Assembly: GCA_002269645.1 (NCBI GenBank)
Contig: NIVC01000001.1
Span: 1,922,001-1,986,000 of the forward strand
Source: Macrostomum lignano
Taxonomy: Eukaryota
Reading direction: 5' to 3'
Length of the DNA: 64,000 nucleotides
Each line of letters starts with the position of its first letter. Position 1 is the first letter of the stretch. Positions 59,484 through 64,000 of the stretch are shown here, piece by piece. A program made the translations under genes and the position numbers. Under the pieces are notes generated by a model, which had not been told where the DNA came from, searched no databases, and saw only the letters and a list, made by a program, of their open reading frames with translations.

Positions 59484-62400
59484 ATGAATCGTGGGATTCC
59501 GCGGAGCACTGAAGCAGCAACTGCAGCTGTGCCATCGGTTGCTGCTGCCACAGTCGCCGCCGAGGCAGCCAACAGGCGTCTGATGGCTGTCCGGCTGCAC
59601 CAGCTGGCGGCCAGCCTGACAGCGCACGGACTCAGCCGGGTGGTGGGCGAGGCAAGCCAGACTGGCCGCCTACTCTGGCTCTCTGTGTTCACCTGCGCTC
59701 TGCTGGGAGTGAGCCAGCACACTGGCAGCCTGGTGAAGCTCTATCTAAGCTACCCTGTCGGATCCACAGTTCGTCAGGAGGTCAATGGTTTTGAGTTCCC
59801 CGACGTCACCTTGTGCGACTCGATGCTGAAGAAGTTCTTCCTATACAATGTGTCGTATTTTGATAGCGCGCGAGACAAAAGTTTTACAAGGTGGCTTTTT
59901 TGATTCCACTGTACATAGTCTTAGAGAAAGCGGGGATTCACCTACACCTGCGTTCGTTTCAGATGCATGTAGAAATGCAGGGTAGATACATGTAGATGGG
60001 GAAGGACGGCCAAGAAATCAAGTTTGGCTACATGCAACTTGAAAGATTCAAATGAGAAGGCATCGGTGAGTGTAGCCAAAAAGGATCAGGCCTGGATCGA
60101 ACCGAATGCAATCGGTAACTTTTTGCGAAACCAGTGAACTGGTTTCTAGACATCCAGCCCTTTCAAGTCGACCTTTTACTCCGGGCTCGCTTGAGTTGAT
60201 ATCCCCATTAAACTGAAAAAAATTAGGTCTTCTTTTAGTCTGCTTCTTTTAGTTTTTGTTTAAATTAAGGCTCGTTCACACTGCATGCTGTTGCGTGATC
60301 AACTACGTTGGCGCCCCTCAAAGACGGCCGGCCCCCTAAGTAAAAATCCTTACTTGTACACATGTAGTTCTTCGTCGCTTTGAACATCAGCCGTGTGACT
60401 TGACGACTCGATTAGTGTCTCTCAGGCTGTTTGAACGAGCTTTAATTATGCGAAAGTCATCAGTGGATTTGCATCAATTGCTACCCAGCAACACCATGAT
60501 CGATTGATTGTAACCTGATTGATTGATTGATTGCTGACTTCAGACTCCCAACCTCCGGGTTTTTTCCAACCCAAATATCTGAGTCATGTATCAGTTTGTT
60601 AATTTAATAAGCACCGGCCAAACCTGCAGGTATTCGCAGGTCATTCAGACTCTTCTTGGCTACAAGTTCGGCTGGGAGACGAAAGCTTTCGTCAGAGCCA
60701 CGTACACAGCCTCCGGCCACAAGTTCAACATGTCCAAAGTCAGCGCCAGAGTTCTTGACTTTCTGCTCCACTGCGAGTTCGAGCACACCGCCTGCGACTT
60801 TGGAAACTTCAGCCTCTACTATGACAATCAGTTCGGCAACTGCTACACGTTCAGGCCGGCCTGGCGGCGTCTGGGCAGGGCTGGCGCCTCCACTGGCCTC
60901 ATCCTGCTGCTGTACCCGCCATCGGTGGACGCTAATTTTGACGAGGATCGGACAGTCAAGACAGTCACGGGGCTGGAGAATCGAGGCTTCCAGGTCTGTT
61001 TGCAGTACCTACCGGCATATGTACATGAACTCCACTTTATAGCAGTACATTCACATGTAGCAAGGCCAATACCGCTAATACCTGTGTTGTACCTGTGCTT
61101 CTCCGGCTGTCTAGCACAGTGGTTTGGGCTCTCCGCCTTCTCAACCGGAAGCCTTCTCGTAGCTCTTAGTAGCGCAGGTAATGCTGCCAACAGTTCCTTC
61201 AGGTCTTGGCCTTCGGTGAGGTGAGCTTCCCGTCAGAGCAAAATAAACATGTCAACGAACTCAGCACAGCGTGCAGATTTGAAGATTAACGAACAAAGCG
61301 TCTGGTCAGCAGATCCCATGGGTGGTTGGGAATACCGTATTAGCTTCCTTTTAGGCTTGGGTGTCTAAGTTTAGTCAGGCCAATGAAGGAAGAGTGGATT
61401 GGACAATAGAACTGTCAAAACTTAGAAAACTGGGAAAGAAGGAACTGAGAAACTAGACACTAAGAACTCCTTGACTGAACCAAGGGTGAGGGGGTCCGTA
61501 TTTATAGCCTGGGAATCCCCCAGTGCACCTTTGTGCGCGAGACCTCGTGACTTGTTCCATTTTTAGAACTGACGTCACTTCCCGCCAGAGATAAGGCAGG
61601 GGTCCCCGGGCAAAGTGCACAGGGCCGTGTGACTCAGTGTCTAATTTTAGAAACATGAGTCACCTCTTACCTTAGAGAAGGCAAGGGCCTCAAGGCACGT
61701 GATTCCTCAGTAAACACGGACCAGCAAGTGCAGTACATGTTTACTGCACTTTAGGACTTCGAAAAAACAAGACTTATCATGTGACTTGCTCAGCGAGTCA
61801 CAGGAGGGAGGCTGCCTAGCGGCAGACAGCAACCCAGGGCGAGGGCATGGGCGAAGGAAACTGCTGACAATAGTGCGACGCCTAACACCAAACTGGCGGC
61901 TCACTACACCTGGTTGTCTGGCCGATCAGGGATAGGTCCTTATGTCCTTCCGGACTAATTCCCTTAGCTTGGGTATGGATATTCATTTAGCTCAATTATT
62001 AAGACTGAGACTCGCGGTCCGGGCTTTTGGAATCTCACTTTTGAATATCCATGTCATGTAGAGACTCAGGCAGAAGTGAATAGCAATACACCAGTAGCCA
62101 TTGTCACCGAACTCGCCCGCAGATGACAATTCACCAAGGAGGCACCAGGCCCGATCCGCACGAGTTCAGCCTGACCGCGCCAGTCGGCATGCGCACCGAC
62201 CTGGCGCTGACGCAGACCCGCGTCCGGCTGGCCGATACCGCCACCAGGCCGTGCCAGCCGGTCAGCCTGCACCGCTACTGGAACAGCTTCCTGCAGCGCA
62301 GAGAGACCTACGTTGAGCGTCTGTACGACTGCGTTGAAACTGAGCAGGCAGTTCACCTGCATGAGGCCTGCAATTGCACTATCGAGGGTCTGGTGCCAGT

Positions 62401-63467
62401 GAACCGGCCGGCACTGATGGGCTCAGAGTATTGCCACGATCTGCTGGGCATCGCGCCGCTGCCCGGCACTCCGCCAGGTTCGAGGAGCCCCCGGTGAGAA
62501 GACGTTGATGATTCCGTCGAGGATTCAGTGTTCTTGATGCGCGTTATGAACCAAAGTTCTACAATGTAAAAAATACTCGTACCTATACAGTACGAATAAA
62601 AGCAAGATATGGCCCAAATTCAAAGTCCGACTTTTGTTTCAATGATTCCTGCAGTTGGGAATTCTGCACTAAGTAAGAAAGTTTCATTTCAGGATATAAA
62701 CTTGAACAACGGAATGGAGCCCGAAGCAGTTGCTCCGGAAAAGACAGCTCAGACGACAAGATCGAGGTTCTTTCCTTGGCCTTCTGGGGATAACAGACAT
62801 GAAGTTGAACTCTTTTACGGAAATTTACCCCGAGCTTGATGCAATGTAAATTATATGGCATCCAATCCGAAGTACTCATGGTTGCTAAAACAACAGAAAT
62901 TTCTACTGTGACGCATCAATCCGTCTCTATGGTTACAGAGGCGCCAGCTTCCGCCTGCGCGTCATTCACCAGCTTGGCGAAGTGGCCGCAAACCTTTGGA
63001 GCCGGGCCAGCGAGGCCGACCGTCACAGGTTCGCCGGCCGAATCGCCGACTATGTTGGACGACGCTTGGTATCGATGCGTCCGACTCTGTCCGGCCGGCT
63101 GGCCAGAGCCGCCTGCGCGCAGGGCTACACAGCCAAGCTGCACGCCTCCGAGTGCAGGAACGAGTGCCGCCGGACGGACTACTCGGCTAGCATATCGCTG
63201 GCCGAGTGGCCCGACCGCTCCTTCGACGGCCGGGGAAGCCTTAGCCGGCTGCGCAAGCTGGCCGGGTTGATGGGCCAGTATCTCAACCGGGTGGCCGACG
63301 CCAGACCAGCAGCTGCTCTGGCCACATCTTTGAGCAAATCGGGGCTCAACTTGAGCGCCTGTTTAACGGAAGACTCAGTTGCAACTGTCGGAATTGAAGG
63401 TCTGCTGCCGGTCGCGGCCGAGGAGTGTCGCCAGCTGCAGGTTTTCGTTAGCAACACCCTGGTGCAG
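59484..63467 (+). CDS. DEG/ENaC (ASIC/FaNaC-like) amiloride-sensitive sodium channel, 3'-partial; exons 59484-59890, 60630-60993, 62123-62493, 62939-63467
   Basis: Pre-TM1 HG motif (LTAHGL), TM1, FEFPDVTLCD, QFGNCYTF, G..L.L, cysteine-rich thumb (CVETEQ..CNC; CRNECRRTDYSASISLAEWP). Phase-compatible junctions. TM2 must lie beyond the window end. Confidence 0.9.
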
Positions 63468-64000
63468 GTCTGCGCGCTCTTCTAACCAAACCACTCGTAT
63501 TCTCCAGCATGCCAAAGCTTCACCGTATATTTCTATCATTTTGACTAGTTGAAACTTTCAAAATTAAGTCGAATTTACAATGAACTAACATTCTATAGGG
63601 GGGCTTACTTTCAGAAGATGCGCAGCTGTCGCAGAGAGGCGAAGCTTTCGATCAGACGAAAACAACTGTCTTAATTAGGTATAAGATTAAAAAGCAAGGA
63701 CTAATCGAGTAGAGAAGACGGGAAACTGCGTTTCTTGGAGAATTTTCGGAAACAGGTTTTACCGAAAAATGCGTTACGGAGATGGGATATTTTCATTTTA
63801 TCAGCACAAAATTTGTTACTGCTTTTGATAGGAGACAGACCCAATGTTCACCTTTTGATGTGTTGCCTTCTTATAGCTCATTAATATTGTTATGTTAGTT
63901 TTATATCCTAGACGTACCATTGTACATGCCTGCGCCTAAAGATCATAAAAATGTACGGCACAGCTCGACTCATTGCTTTTATGAATCTGTTTTATCATTC

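Overview
Eukaryotic (metazoan) genomic DNA with GC-rich exons, GT-AG introns and very abundant minisatellites. The style resembles a free-living flatworm such as Macrostomum, but the organism is inferred, not shown. Hand-spliced genes: 3' part of CDKAL1 (+), TMEM45-family gene (-), an 18-exon TRPA1-like channel (+), a secreted PAN/apple-like plus fibrinogen-domain gene broken by a 7-bp duplication (-), CCAR1 (-), a divergent class A peptide-type GPCR (-) and a DEG/ENaC channel (+, runs out of the window). Mobile DNA: two copies of a 14-bp-TIR/8-bp-TSD MITE, an hAT-type MITE with internal tandem repeats, a foldback-like element carrying a 1.65-kb 14-mer array, a tRNA/CORE-like SINE fragment and Helitron-like remnants. 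Most long ORFs in the supplied track are artefacts of stop-free repeats or antisense frames of GC-rich exons. The most unusual signals are: (i) dense TAGGCCTA palindrome clusters in AT-rich, CpG-poor DNA 5' of the TMEM45/TRPA1 and CCAR1 coding regions; (ii) those same genes carry a different minisatellite in most introns, many sharing a sense-strand CCC(A)GATCC core, while the FReP, GPCR and ENaC introns have none; (iii) candidate 12- and 21-nt micro-exons downstream of CCAR1. Exon coordinates were derived by eye; repeat boundaries are approximate.
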